Of a stretch of DNA of 64,000 nucleotides, positions 49,786 through 57,584 are shown in pieces. The stretch comes from Patescibacteria group bacterium. GTDB lineage: Bacteria; Patescibacteriota; Microgenomatia; UBA1400; PJMF01. The first letter of the stretch is position 1, and each line of letters begins with the position of its first letter. The stretch is from the NCBI GenBank assembly GCA_049322655.1, contig JBMORP010000006.1, positions 576,410-640,409 of the forward strand, in the 5' to 3' direction. The translations under genes were made by a program, and so were the position numbers. The notes below the pieces were generated by a model that was not told the DNA's origin, made no database searches, and worked only from the letters and a program-made list of their open reading frames with translations.

Positions 49786-49942
49786 ATTAAAGAAGATTAT
49801 AGCTTATTTTAGTTTTTACACCAGTTTCCCCCAATCATGTTTTTAATGTAGATAACTTTTTAAATTAGTCTGGTTTTGTTTTAAAAAATATTATATAAGA
49901 TATCTAAAAAAATAAGTATTTATTATTATAAGATGCAAAAAT

Positions 49943-49972
49943 TTGACAAAATGGTCCCAAAAGAGTTATAGT
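49943..49972 (+). promoter_or_regulatory. Sigma70-type promoter
   Basis: TTGACA-18 nt-TATAGT. Confidence 0.65.
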
Positions 49973-49978
49973 AAATTT

Positions 49979-50459
49979 GTTTTAAAAATAATAAGTAAAA
50001 GAAGCCGGTTTTTCACTGAAGGACTGAATAATTTAGTGATTCACAGGTTGGAAGATTCTTTGAAAAGTTGTTTTTAAGGCATTAAAAATGGAAGAATAAA
50101 TTCTCTAACAATTTTCCTCAAGATGGAAAACTAGAGATAAAAAAATCCACCGCAATTTGTAGATTCCAGAACATGGCAGGCAGAACTACAAACACGGTGG
50201 ATAAGGGTGCAAGATTACCGCTGGAAGACCACGAATAATATTGCTCTTTGATTCTCACTTGCCATTACGGTTTGTGAGAGTTGATCTGAACATAGCATTT
50301 TCGTCGGGTGGGGTAAACTAGATATTAATAATTGTTAATGTTCATTACTATATATTAATGTTCAGTCTTGCTGTATAATACGGGTTAGATTCGTGAAAGC
50401 GTTAAGTTGAAGTTCGGTTGGTTGGGCAGGCTACCGAACTTCAGCTTAGCGCTTTTTTT
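49979..50459 (+). ncRNA. Candidate structured non-coding RNA of unknown class
   Basis: Bounded by promoter and terminator; no + strand ORF of note; several long stems (50145-50202, 50209-50371). Confidence 0.5.
50396..50459 (+). terminator. Long intrinsic terminator
   Basis: 22-bp stem AAGCGTTAAGTTGAAGTTCGGT/ACCGAACTTCAGCTTAGCGCTT (two G-U pairs) followed by a T run. Confidence 0.85.
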
Positions 50460-50493
50460 ATTTGCCAAATAATTCCCAAAACGTCCTTATAAC

Positions 50494-50522
50494 TTGTATA
50501 TTTTGATGCTTTTTGCTATAAT
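50494..50522 (+). promoter_or_regulatory. Promoter of cassette 1
   Basis: TTGTAT-17 nt-TATAAT with extended TG. Confidence 0.7.
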
Positions 50523-50587
50523 TTGTAGGATTTGAGTCGTTTTCAAAGATTTTTGCAATCTCTAGAAAAAACTCAAGTTTTAGTTCT

Positions 50588-51010
50588 TTAACATGGGGAA
50601 AAACTTATTTTCTTAAGATTTTATTTTTTGGTTTTCTAGTGGATAACCCAGATTTAGAGATGGTGTCTTTAGATCTGGGTTATTCTGACTCTAGCAATGG
50701 AGGAGGAAGCCTAAATTTAATGTTCGTAAGGAGATAAGCATGGATTACGACAAAAAGTTTGAACGATGGTTGACGAGCGGAGTGAACTCAATTCCTCAGC
50801 TCAGGCGCAAAATTAAGCGACACCTCAGAAACACTCGCAATTCTGACTATCGGGCAATCATGAAACGATTGACCTGGGATGAGGAATATGCTGAGGACTT
50901 TCTTGGTTTAGCAAAATAGCGCCACCAACAAAATGAAGTATCTCCAAAGATGGAGGTGCGGGTTTGCCCGCACCTCCAATCTCCTGGCTAAAAACCAGGC
51001 CCCATGTTAA
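50588..51010 (+). repeat. Cassette 1, bounded by an 11-bp inverted repeat
   Basis: TTAACATGGGG (50588-50598) ... CCCCATGTTAA (51000-51010); internal hairpins 50641-50685 and 50951-50978. Confidence 0.85.
50740..50919 (+). CDS. 59-aa hypothetical protein (not in ORF track), paralogue of 51317..51646
   Basis: TAAGGAG SD at 50727; MDYDKKFERWLTSGVNSIPQLRRKIKRHLRNTRNSDYRAIMKRLTWDEEYAEDFLGLAK*. Confidence 0.8.
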   Translation: MDYDKKFERWLTSGVNSIPQLRRKIKRHLRNTRNSDYRAIMKRLTWDEEYAEDFLGLAK

Positions 51011-51068
51011 TTTTTAAACCTGAATTAAACTAATTTTAGGCTCATATATTTTCTTATTTGACATATTG

Positions 51069-51077
51069 TGATATAAT
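51069..51077 (+). promoter_or_regulatory. Extended -10 promoter of cassette 2
   Basis: TGATATAAT at the same position relative to the leader hairpin as in cassette 1. Confidence 0.6.
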
Positions 51078-51147
51078 ATGAATCTGTTAAATTTCTTCAA
51101 TTTGTATTTGCTACAAATTAACAAGATTTTTAACAACTAATTTTTGC

Positions 51148-51731
51148 TCGTTAACATGGGAAAATAGTTTTTAGGATACTTTTTGAATTGTTGTTAATAT
51201 TTGTATTTTTTAGATAGTCCCGGTTTGAAGAACTAAGTTCTTTTGACCGGGATTATCTATGAGCCTCTGCGTCAGCAGGGGAATATAGATGTCTACACTA
51301 TTTCAAGGAGTTCCCTGTGAACAATAAAGTTGATTACCGCTCTTTCATGAGCAACCTGCTCGATGGCGTCGAAACCGTCGAAGGACTGCGCGCCAAGGTC
51401 CGCCCGATGCTCGAAGACCGCAAGTCGGCTGACTACGTCAAGCCCGGCACCGAATGCACCTGTGATTGTGGTCGCGACCTCCGCGCCCACCTTCAGGACA
51501 TCCTGGACAATGATGACTTCGCTCAGCATCTGGTCGTCGGCCTGTCGTTGGCTGACCTTCTCGGCATGCTGGGGCTGTCCGCCTCTGGGCCTGGCCCGGA
51601 GACCATCATGACCGGCGTCATCATCATCGGCGACGAAGAAGACTAACCAACAACGCAGGCACAACCAACATGGCGCACGGGCTTGCCCGTGCGCCATCCT
51701 TGATGTTCACTAACTATTCCCATGTTAACGA
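51148..51731 (+). repeat. Cassette 2, bounded by a 15-bp inverted repeat
   Basis: TCGTTAACATGGGAA (51148-51162) ... TTCCCATGTTAACGA (51717-51731); internal hairpins 51211-51259 and 51670-51697. Confidence 0.88.
51317..51646 (+). CDS. 109-aa GC-rich hypothetical protein, paralogue of 50740..50919
   Basis: AAGGAG SD at 51305; G/C-ending codons; aligns by eye with the cassette 1 ORF; CTCDC insert. Confidence 0.82.
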   Translation: MNNKVDYRSFMSNLLDGVETVEGLRAKVRPMLEDRKSADYVKPGTECTCDCGRDLRAHLQDILDNDDFAQHLVVGLSLADLLGMLGLSASGPGPETIMTGVIIIGDEED

Positions 51732-51780
51732 CATCTACATATTTTGTAGTTTAAATTTCCCATTTTTTTATCCTATAACA

Positions 51781-51809
51781 TTGACAAAACTGATGTTTTT
51801 TGTTATAAT
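51781..51809 (+). promoter_or_regulatory. Consensus sigma70 promoter of the sortase gene
   Basis: TTGACA-17 nt-TATAAT, 11 nt before the ATG. Confidence 0.85.
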
Positions 51810-51820
51810 AACAGATCATT

Positions 51821-52669
51821 ATGCAAGCTAATAACCAGACTAAATCAGCCAATTTTAGCCTTAAATCACTCAAAAGAGTGTTGGTTGGTGATGCTGGTTG
51901 GACTGATGGGCAAAAAGCTCAGCGCTTGCTTCAGCAAAAACAAAATAAAAGCCAAAAGAGACAAGCTCCTCAACGAGTAAATATTTTCAAGGCTTTTCTC
52001 AAAGCTGTGTTAAATTTATTGATTATTTTAAGTTTTGGTGGCTTAGTTTTTTGGCAAGGGCCAAAGCTCTTTTATACTATTTTTCCTCAAGAATCAGCCA
52101 ACCAACTAGTTCAAGCTGAGGAACTAACTGGTAACTTTGCCTTAGATTTTAGTATCTTGGACGAAGAAGCTACCAAAAGAAAAGTTTTACCTTCTCAAAG
52201 AAGCTACAAACCTGCTTATAATCCTGATTTGCCAGCTGGCAATTGGTTGATTATTCCTCGAATTGGAGTGAGATCAGAATTACAAAGAACCGAAAACTAT
52301 GAAGAGGCTTTACAGGTTGGTCTCTGGTGGGTACCAGATTTTGGTGAAGTAGGTGATCGATCTAAACCAATGATTGTCGCTGGCCATCGTTATGGTTTTG
52401 ACTGGTGGTGGAAAGATGATTATTGGAAATACCACTCTTTTTACTCTTTGCCAGACTTAGAACCAGGGGATAGAATTGAGATAATTGCTGATCAACGTAA
52501 ATGGATTTATGAGATTTATGCTGGTGAAGAAGGTGAGCAAATCACTGATTACCAGGCAGATTTAATTCTTTATACCTGCAAACATTTGGATTCACCAATT
52601 AGAATCTTTCGTTATGCTAAGTTGGTTGAGATCAAAGAAGAAAGTGCCCTGGGTATTTTGAGTAAATAA
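51821..52669 (+). CDS. Sortase-family protein
   Basis: TM anchor; 'LIIPRIGV', 'AGHRY', 'FYSLPDLEPGD', 'LILYTC...R'. Confidence 0.85.
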   Translation: MQANNQTKSANFSLKSLKRVLVGDAGWTDGQKAQRLLQQKQNKSQKRQAPQRVNIFKAFLKAVLNLLIILSFGGLVFWQGPKLFYTIFPQESANQLVQAEELTGNFALDFSILDEEATKRKVLPSQRSYKPAYNPDLPAGNWLIIPRIGVRSELQRTENYEEALQVGLWWVPDFGEVGDRSKPMIVAGHRYGFDWWWKDDYWKYHSFYSLPDLEPGDRIEIIADQRKWIYEIYAGEEGEQITDYQADLILYTCKHLDSPIRIFRYAKLVEIKEESALGILSK

Positions 52670-52808
52670 ACCAATCTTAGCTTGGAAACAACAATTTTTG
52701 GTTTATTTAATGTAAATGTAAGAAGGTTAAATTTTATACAGCTTTGCTCTGTTTTTGTAAGGTATAATACTAAGCTTCTTTCTTATTTTAAAAAGGTAGA
52801 AAAAACTT

Positions 52809-53543
52809 ATGAAAAATCAAGTAAAACTAGCTGCATTTGATGTTGATGGAACACTGAGTACTGGGGTTTTATCGTTGGCTTTTCTTGAAGAACTAGTTAA
52901 AAGAGGTTTGTTTAGTAAACAATTTTTTAACAAACTTCATGGCCTTGAAGTTGATTATGCTCAAGGAAAACTAGAGAGAGAAGAAATGTCTGAGTTATGG
53001 CTACAAAACTATTTGCAAGCCATGAAAGGCAATGATCCAGAGCAATATATCAAAACAGCGGCAGAGGTTTGGGAAAGAGCGAAAGATAATACTTTTGCCT
53101 TTGTCCAACCAATGTTGACTCAGTTAACCGAAAAAGGTTACACCACCCTAGTGATTAGTGCTAGCCCAGATGAAATTGTGAGGTTTTTTTGTGCAGCGCA
53201 TAACTTTACGCCAGACAGATTTAGAGCTACTAAGGTTAAGGTTGATGAATTTGGTAGGTATACTGATCAAACAGAGATTATCTTGGCTTTGGCTAAGCAC
53301 AAGCTAGACCAACTTCACGGTTTGGCGGAAAACTTATATCCTGAACAAACCATTGATTGGCAAAGCTCATTGGCGATGGGAGACTCTTATTCTGATTTGG
53401 AAATGTTAAGAGCGATTGGTAAACCAGTAGTGATGAAGGAATCAACTAGGGAACCAAATGAACTAGTGAAAATCGCTGAAGAGAACAACTGGACAGTGGT
53501 TGATGAAAACACTGCACTTGAGAAAATTCTGGCTTTAGTCTAA
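52809..53543 (+). CDS. HAD-IB family hydrolase
   Basis: 'FDVDGTL', 'ISAS', 'K', 'GDSYSD..ML'. Confidence 0.9.
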   Translation: MKNQVKLAAFDVDGTLSTGVLSLAFLEELVKRGLFSKQFFNKLHGLEVDYAQGKLEREEMSELWLQNYLQAMKGNDPEQYIKTAAEVWERAKDNTFAFVQPMLTQLTEKGYTTLVISASPDEIVRFFCAAHNFTPDRFRATKVKVDEFGRYTDQTEIILALAKHKLDQLHGLAENLYPEQTIDWQSSLAMGDSYSDLEMLRAIGKPVVMKESTREPNELVKIAEENNWTVVDENTALEKILALV

Positions 53544-53550
53544 AGCTTTT

Positions 53551-53579
53551 TTGACAAAAAAGAGCTTCTTTGCCATAAT
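53551..53579 (+). promoter_or_regulatory. rho promoter
   Basis: TTGACA-17 nt-CATAAT, then a pyrimidine-rich leader of about 125 nt. Confidence 0.75.
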
Positions 53580-53712
53580 ACCGTAATTCTCATTTGGTTT
53601 TATCTATTTTTAGATAGCTAAGGCAGAAAGAACTTCCCAAATTTTTTGAAGTTATCATGATCCAGTTATTATTTTTTGTCATAAGTAAATAAAGAAAGGA
53701 AACAGACGCTGT

Positions 53713-55092
53713 ATGCCAGCTAAATCTGATATTTCTACAGAAGAGCTTGTTGGACAAGCTCCTAAAAAAGAAACTGAAGCTAAAGAGGTAAGTAAAACCT
53801 TGGTGGCTAAAACAGTTGACAAACCTTCAACCGAAAAAGTTGAAGAAAAACCCATTCCCACCAAAGAAGTTGGTCGGGTAGTGGTTTCTACTAAATCAAG
53901 AGTTAACCCTCATGGTCGAATTAAGGCTGGTTTTTCTAAAACCATGGCTACGCCCAAAGACGATGATGTCGAGGTAATCACTGGAATTCTTGATAATTCT
54001 CGTGACGGTCATGGCATTTTACGAGTTTCTTTCTCTGAGGACGACCACGATACCTATATCTCTAATTCTCAGGTAAGAAGATTTAAACTCAGGCCAGGTG
54101 ATGTTATCACTGGTCCCGCTAGAAGGCCTAAGGATAACGAAAGATATTGGGGCTTACTCCAAGTGGATAGAATTAATGATCAAGAAGTTGACGAGTTTTT
54201 GAGAAATTCACGAACTGTTTTTAAAAACTTAACTCCAGTTTATCCCGATGAACAAATTAAGTTAGAAACTGGGGCCGAGCCACTATCTCTTAGAATGATT
54301 GACATGATCGCGCCGATTGGTAAAGGCCAAAGAAGTTTGATTGTCTCTCCTCCCAAAGCAGGTAAAACAACTTTGCTGAAAAATATTGCTACTGGTGTGG
54401 CAGCCAACAATCCAGAAATTCATTTGATGGCGGTATTAGTTGGGGAAAGACCAGAAGAAGTGACTGATATTAAACGTCACATTGAAGCTTTGACTAAAGG
54501 TAAAGGTGAAGTAGCTGCGAGTAATTTTGATGAATCAGCCCAGGACCAAGTTAGAGTGGCTGAGTTGGCTCTGGAAAGAGCTAAAAGATTAGTTGAATCT
54601 GGTAGAGATGTTTTAATTCTTTTAGATTCGATCACTAGATTAGCTCGAGCTTATAACCTAGCGATGCCAACTTCAGGGAGAACCCTGTCTGGTGGCTTTG
54701 ATCCAGCTGCCTTGTTTCCTCCCAAAAAGTTCTTTGGGGCAGCAAGAAACTTTGAGATTCCTGGTTCATTAACGATTGTTGGTACGGCTTTAGTCGATAC
54801 TGGTTCTAGAATGGATGATCTTGTTTATGAAGAGTTCAAAGGCACTGGTAATCAGGAGGTTCATCTTGATAGAACTTTGGCTGAAAGAAGAATTCATCCA
54901 GCAATTGATGTTCAGCGATCTGGGACTCGAAGAGATGATTTAATGATGGATCCAATGGTTTATCAATCAGTGATTACGCTTCACAGAATGTTGGATATGT
55001 TAAACAAAGAAGAACGTACCACTACTTTGATCGAAAAACTCAAACGAACTAAGTCTAATAAAGACTTTTTAGCCTCTTTAAAGGCTGGTTAA
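53713..55092 (+). CDS. rho: Transcription termination factor Rho
   Basis: 'PIGKGQRSLIVSPPKAGKT', 'ERPEEVTD', 'LDSITRLARAYN', 'EEFKGTGN', 'SGTR'. Confidence 0.98.
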   Translation: MPAKSDISTEELVGQAPKKETEAKEVSKTLVAKTVDKPSTEKVEEKPIPTKEVGRVVVSTKSRVNPHGRIKAGFSKTMATPKDDDVEVITGILDNSRDGHGILRVSFSEDDHDTYISNSQVRRFKLRPGDVITGPARRPKDNERYWGLLQVDRINDQEVDEFLRNSRTVFKNLTPVYPDEQIKLETGAEPLSLRMIDMIAPIGKGQRSLIVSPPKAGKTTLLKNIATGVAANNPEIHLMAVLVGERPEEVTDIKRHIEALTKGKGEVAASNFDESAQDQVRVAELALERAKRLVESGRDVLILLDSITRLARAYNLAMPTSGRTLSGGFDPAALFPPKKFFGAARNFEIPGSLTIVGTALVDTGSRMDDLVYEEFKGTGNQEVHLDRTLAERRIHPAIDVQRSGTRRDDLMMDPMVYQSVITLHRMLDMLNKEERTTTLIEKLKRTKSNKDFLASLKAG

Positions 55093-55102
55093 TTTGTTAC
55101 TG

Positions 55103-55132
55103 AAACCCTGTACTAGCAATAGTGCAGGGTTT
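55103..55132 (+). terminator. Hairpin/terminator after rho
   Basis: AAACCCTGTACTA-GCAA-TAGTGCAGGGTTT. Confidence 0.7.
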
Positions 55133-55162
55133 AGAATGTTCTTTTAAGAATTATTACTGTCT

Positions 55163-56287
55163 ATGCAAGAAAGAAAGTTTAGTTTGCAAGGCTCTGAGCT
55201 AGTTCAAGATCTCGGTAGCTATTTTGTTTTCTTGCGTTCCTACCTAAAATTCAGAGGTTATGGCTGGTTTTCAAGGTTTGAAGTAGGTAAAGACTTTATT
55301 GTTGATTTGCTTTACAAAAAACGTGGCCGTTATGCTCGGCCATTTTTACATTTTGGCACGATTGGGTTGGTTTTTTTGCTGATTACTCTTGGTCCAGTTA
55401 TTTTTAACGATAATGAAGAGCAACAAGCAGGTGGCATTGGGCCAATTTTAAATAGTGCTACTGCTTATGCTCCTGATTTTTATACCCTTCAAGCTGAGGA
55501 GGTCCGTCAATATCGGGGTGGAGAGATCCTTATGCATATTGTGACAGAAGGGGAAACTCTTTCCTCAATTGCACAGCGATATGGCTTACAAATAGAAACT
55601 ATTCTTTGGGAAAATAACTTAACAGAAACCTCTAAAATCAAGCCTGGGGATGAATTAAGAATCTTACCTCTTGATGGCATTAGGCATAAGGTGGCTCGTG
55701 GTGAAACAATCTTTTCGATTGGGAAGAAATATGGTCTAGAAGGCTCTCAAGTTCAGGTAATAGTTGACTACCCGTTCAATGAGTTTTTAAATGACGAAAC
55801 TTTTGATGTGGTTGCCGGCCAATACTTAATGATTCCAGATGGAGTTAAACCTTCCGCTGTTACAACCACTACCACGGCTGCTAGATTTGGTACTTTGACT
55901 CCAGATGCGGGCAGTGTTTCTGCTTCTGGCTCATTTATTTGGCCAGCTTCTGGTCGAATTACTCAGGGTTATCGTTTTTACCACAAGGCTATTGATATTG
56001 CCAACAAATCTGGTGGTTCTATTTTAGCTGCTGATGCTGGTGTGGTGACTGTCGCTGGTTGGCCAGATAGCTCTGGTTATGGCAATAGAGTGATCGTTGA
56101 TCATGGCAATGGCTTTGTGACGCTATATGCACATATGAGCGTCATTCAAGTTAAAGCAGGCCAAAGAGTTAAAAGAGGTGACGTACTAGGCCAAATGGGT
56201 AATACGGGCAGATCTACTGGGACTCACTTACATTTTGAGATTAGACAGGGTGGGGCGTTGTTGAATCCTCAATCATATTTGAAATAA
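55163..56287 (+). CDS. LysM x2 plus M23 peptidase
   Basis: Two 'H.V..GETL/I..I..YG' LysM repeats; 'HKAIDIA', 'YAHM', 'STGTHLHFE'. Confidence 0.93.
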   Translation: MQERKFSLQGSELVQDLGSYFVFLRSYLKFRGYGWFSRFEVGKDFIVDLLYKKRGRYARPFLHFGTIGLVFLLITLGPVIFNDNEEQQAGGIGPILNSATAYAPDFYTLQAEEVRQYRGGEILMHIVTEGETLSSIAQRYGLQIETILWENNLTETSKIKPGDELRILPLDGIRHKVARGETIFSIGKKYGLEGSQVQVIVDYPFNEFLNDETFDVVAGQYLMIPDGVKPSAVTTTTTAARFGTLTPDAGSVSASGSFIWPASGRITQGYRFYHKAIDIANKSGGSILAADAGVVTVAGWPDSSGYGNRVIVDHGNGFVTLYAHMSVIQVKAGQRVKRGDVLGQMGNTGRSTGTHLHFEIRQGGALLNPQSYLK

Positions 56288-56336
56288 GTTTCTTTTCCCA
56301 ATAAAAAACCAAATTACCAGGTATAATATTAAGCTA

Positions 56337-57506
56337 ATGATTGATTTAGTCAAACTAAAACTAATAGCTGGTGATGGTGGGCATGGCAGAGTGTCTTTCC
56401 GTCGGGAAAAATATGTGCCCAAAGGTGGCCCAGATGGTGGCTATGGTGGTGATGGTGGTCATGTGATTATTGAATCTACTAAACACATTAATACCTTGAA
56501 ACATTTAACCGGTAAAAAAGAAATCACAGCTTTTGCCGGAGAGATTGGTGGCAGAAGGAAAAAGACTGGTGAAAGAGGTGAAGATATCGTTGTAAAGGTC
56601 CCAGTGGGGACAGTGATTTGGGTAGAGAAGGAGAATCAACCTTCTTTTTTCAGAAGAAAAAAATATGGAGTTGAGTATTTAGTTAATAAGAGTGAGGTGG
56701 AATTGGATAAATATTCTGTTGAAAAAGAGGGTCAAGGTATCCCTTTCAGAGAATCAAGTGAGTGGCTGGAGATTGAAAGAGTCCCGGTTTTCACTTTTGA
56801 TCAACCAGATCAACGAGTAATCATTTGTCAGGGTGGTTTTGGTGGTAGAGGTAATGTGGCTTTTAAAAGTGGTAGCAATACTACGCCATTAGAGGCTGAA
56901 TATGGCTCTTTTGCTGAGAAGAAGTTAGTAACTTTGGAACTTAAATTATTGGCGGATATAGGGTTAGTGGGTTACCCAAATGCAGGGAAAAGTACGTTGC
57001 TGTCCAAAATTACTAAAGCTAATCCTAAAACAGCCAACTATCCATTTACTACGATTGAACCCAACTTGGGTGTTTTAAGTTTTGGAGCAGAAAAAGATGT
57101 AGTGGTGGCTGATATTCCTGGTTTAATTGAAGGTGCCAGTGAAGGCAAAGGCTTAGGATTAGATTTTTTGAGGCATGTGGAAAATAGCAGAGTTTTACTT
57201 TATGTTTTGTTTTTGGAAGAAGAACAACTGAGTGATAAAAACTTAACGGTTGCTGAAAAAACAGCATTAATTTGGCAGCAATACCAATTATTGCAAAAAG
57301 AATTAAAAAACTATCATCCATCGTTAATTAAAAAACCTTTTGTGGTGTCGGTTAATAAAATTGATCTTTATGATCAAGAACTACAACAAGCCATTAAAGA
57401 AAAATTTGAACAAGCCAGAGTAAAGGTCTTACTATTTAGTGGTTTTACTGGCGATGGCTTGACAAAACTAGTTAAGAAATTAGAACAAGTTTTAGCAAAA
57501 AATTAG
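56337..57506 (+). CDS. obg: GTPase Obg/CgtA
   Basis: 'FRREKYVPKGGPDGG', 'GYPNAGKST', 'YPFTT', 'DIPG', 'NKID'. Confidence 0.97.
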   Translation: MIDLVKLKLIAGDGGHGRVSFRREKYVPKGGPDGGYGGDGGHVIIESTKHINTLKHLTGKKEITAFAGEIGGRRKKTGERGEDIVVKVPVGTVIWVEKENQPSFFRRKKYGVEYLVNKSEVELDKYSVEKEGQGIPFRESSEWLEIERVPVFTFDQPDQRVIICQGGFGGRGNVAFKSGSNTTPLEAEYGSFAEKKLVTLELKLLADIGLVGYPNAGKSTLLSKITKANPKTANYPFTTIEPNLGVLSFGAEKDVVVADIPGLIEGASEGKGLGLDFLRHVENSRVLLYVLFLEEEQLSDKNLTVAEKTALIWQQYQLLQKELKNYHPSLIKKPFVVSVNKIDLYDQELQQAIKEKFEQARVKVLLFSGFTGDGLTKLVKKLEQVLAKN

Positions 57507-57538
57507 TTATAAGTTTTCAAAATTTGATATTTTTTACA

Positions 57539-57578
57539 CCCCTTTCCCCCGTGGGTAAGTATCTCATCTTTAGCTGAC
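57539..57578 (+). repeat. Dispersed 40-bp repeat, copy 4 (opposite orientation to copies 1-3)
   Basis: CCCCTTTCCCCCGTGGGTAAGTATCTCA-N7-CTGAC. Confidence 0.9.
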
Positions 57579-57584
57579 AAATAA

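Noticed and set aside
49979-50459. RNase P RNA or tmRNA
   Set aside because: No GAGGAAAGUCC with matching P4 partner, no tRNA-like GGGG...CCA ends and no Ala-ending tag frame found.
50057-50549. TCTTTGAAAA/TTTTCAAAGA 10-bp long-range complement as a third cassette
   Set aside because: AT-rich, separated by a strong terminator and a new promoter, and the 3' copy is already used in a local hairpin; may be chance.
50684-51285. Hammerhead ribozyme at the TGA-hairpin-GAA segments
   Set aside because: The CUGANGA and GAAA core is not intact in either unit.
51293-51697. Minus-strand 134-aa ORF and + strand 82-aa ORF (51363..51611) over cassette 2
   Set aside because: Shadow frames of a GC-rich gene; the 51317 frame has the SD, the codon bias and the paralogue.
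50588-51731. Integron gene cassettes/attC sites
   Set aside because: The 3' hairpins are perfect palindromes lacking proper RYYYAAC/GTTRRRY cores and extrahelical bases, the units have their own promoters, and no integrase is seen.
50588-51731. MITE/transposon with TTAA target duplication
   Set aside because: Disfavoured but not excluded. Conserved promoter and hairpin lie outside the inverted repeats, the pairing extends beyond TTAA in unit 2, G-U bias indicates RNA, and no transposase is present.
35294-57578. CRISPR array built from the 40-bp repeat
   Set aside because: Copies are kilobases apart, there is no repeat-spacer periodicity, and no cas genes are present.
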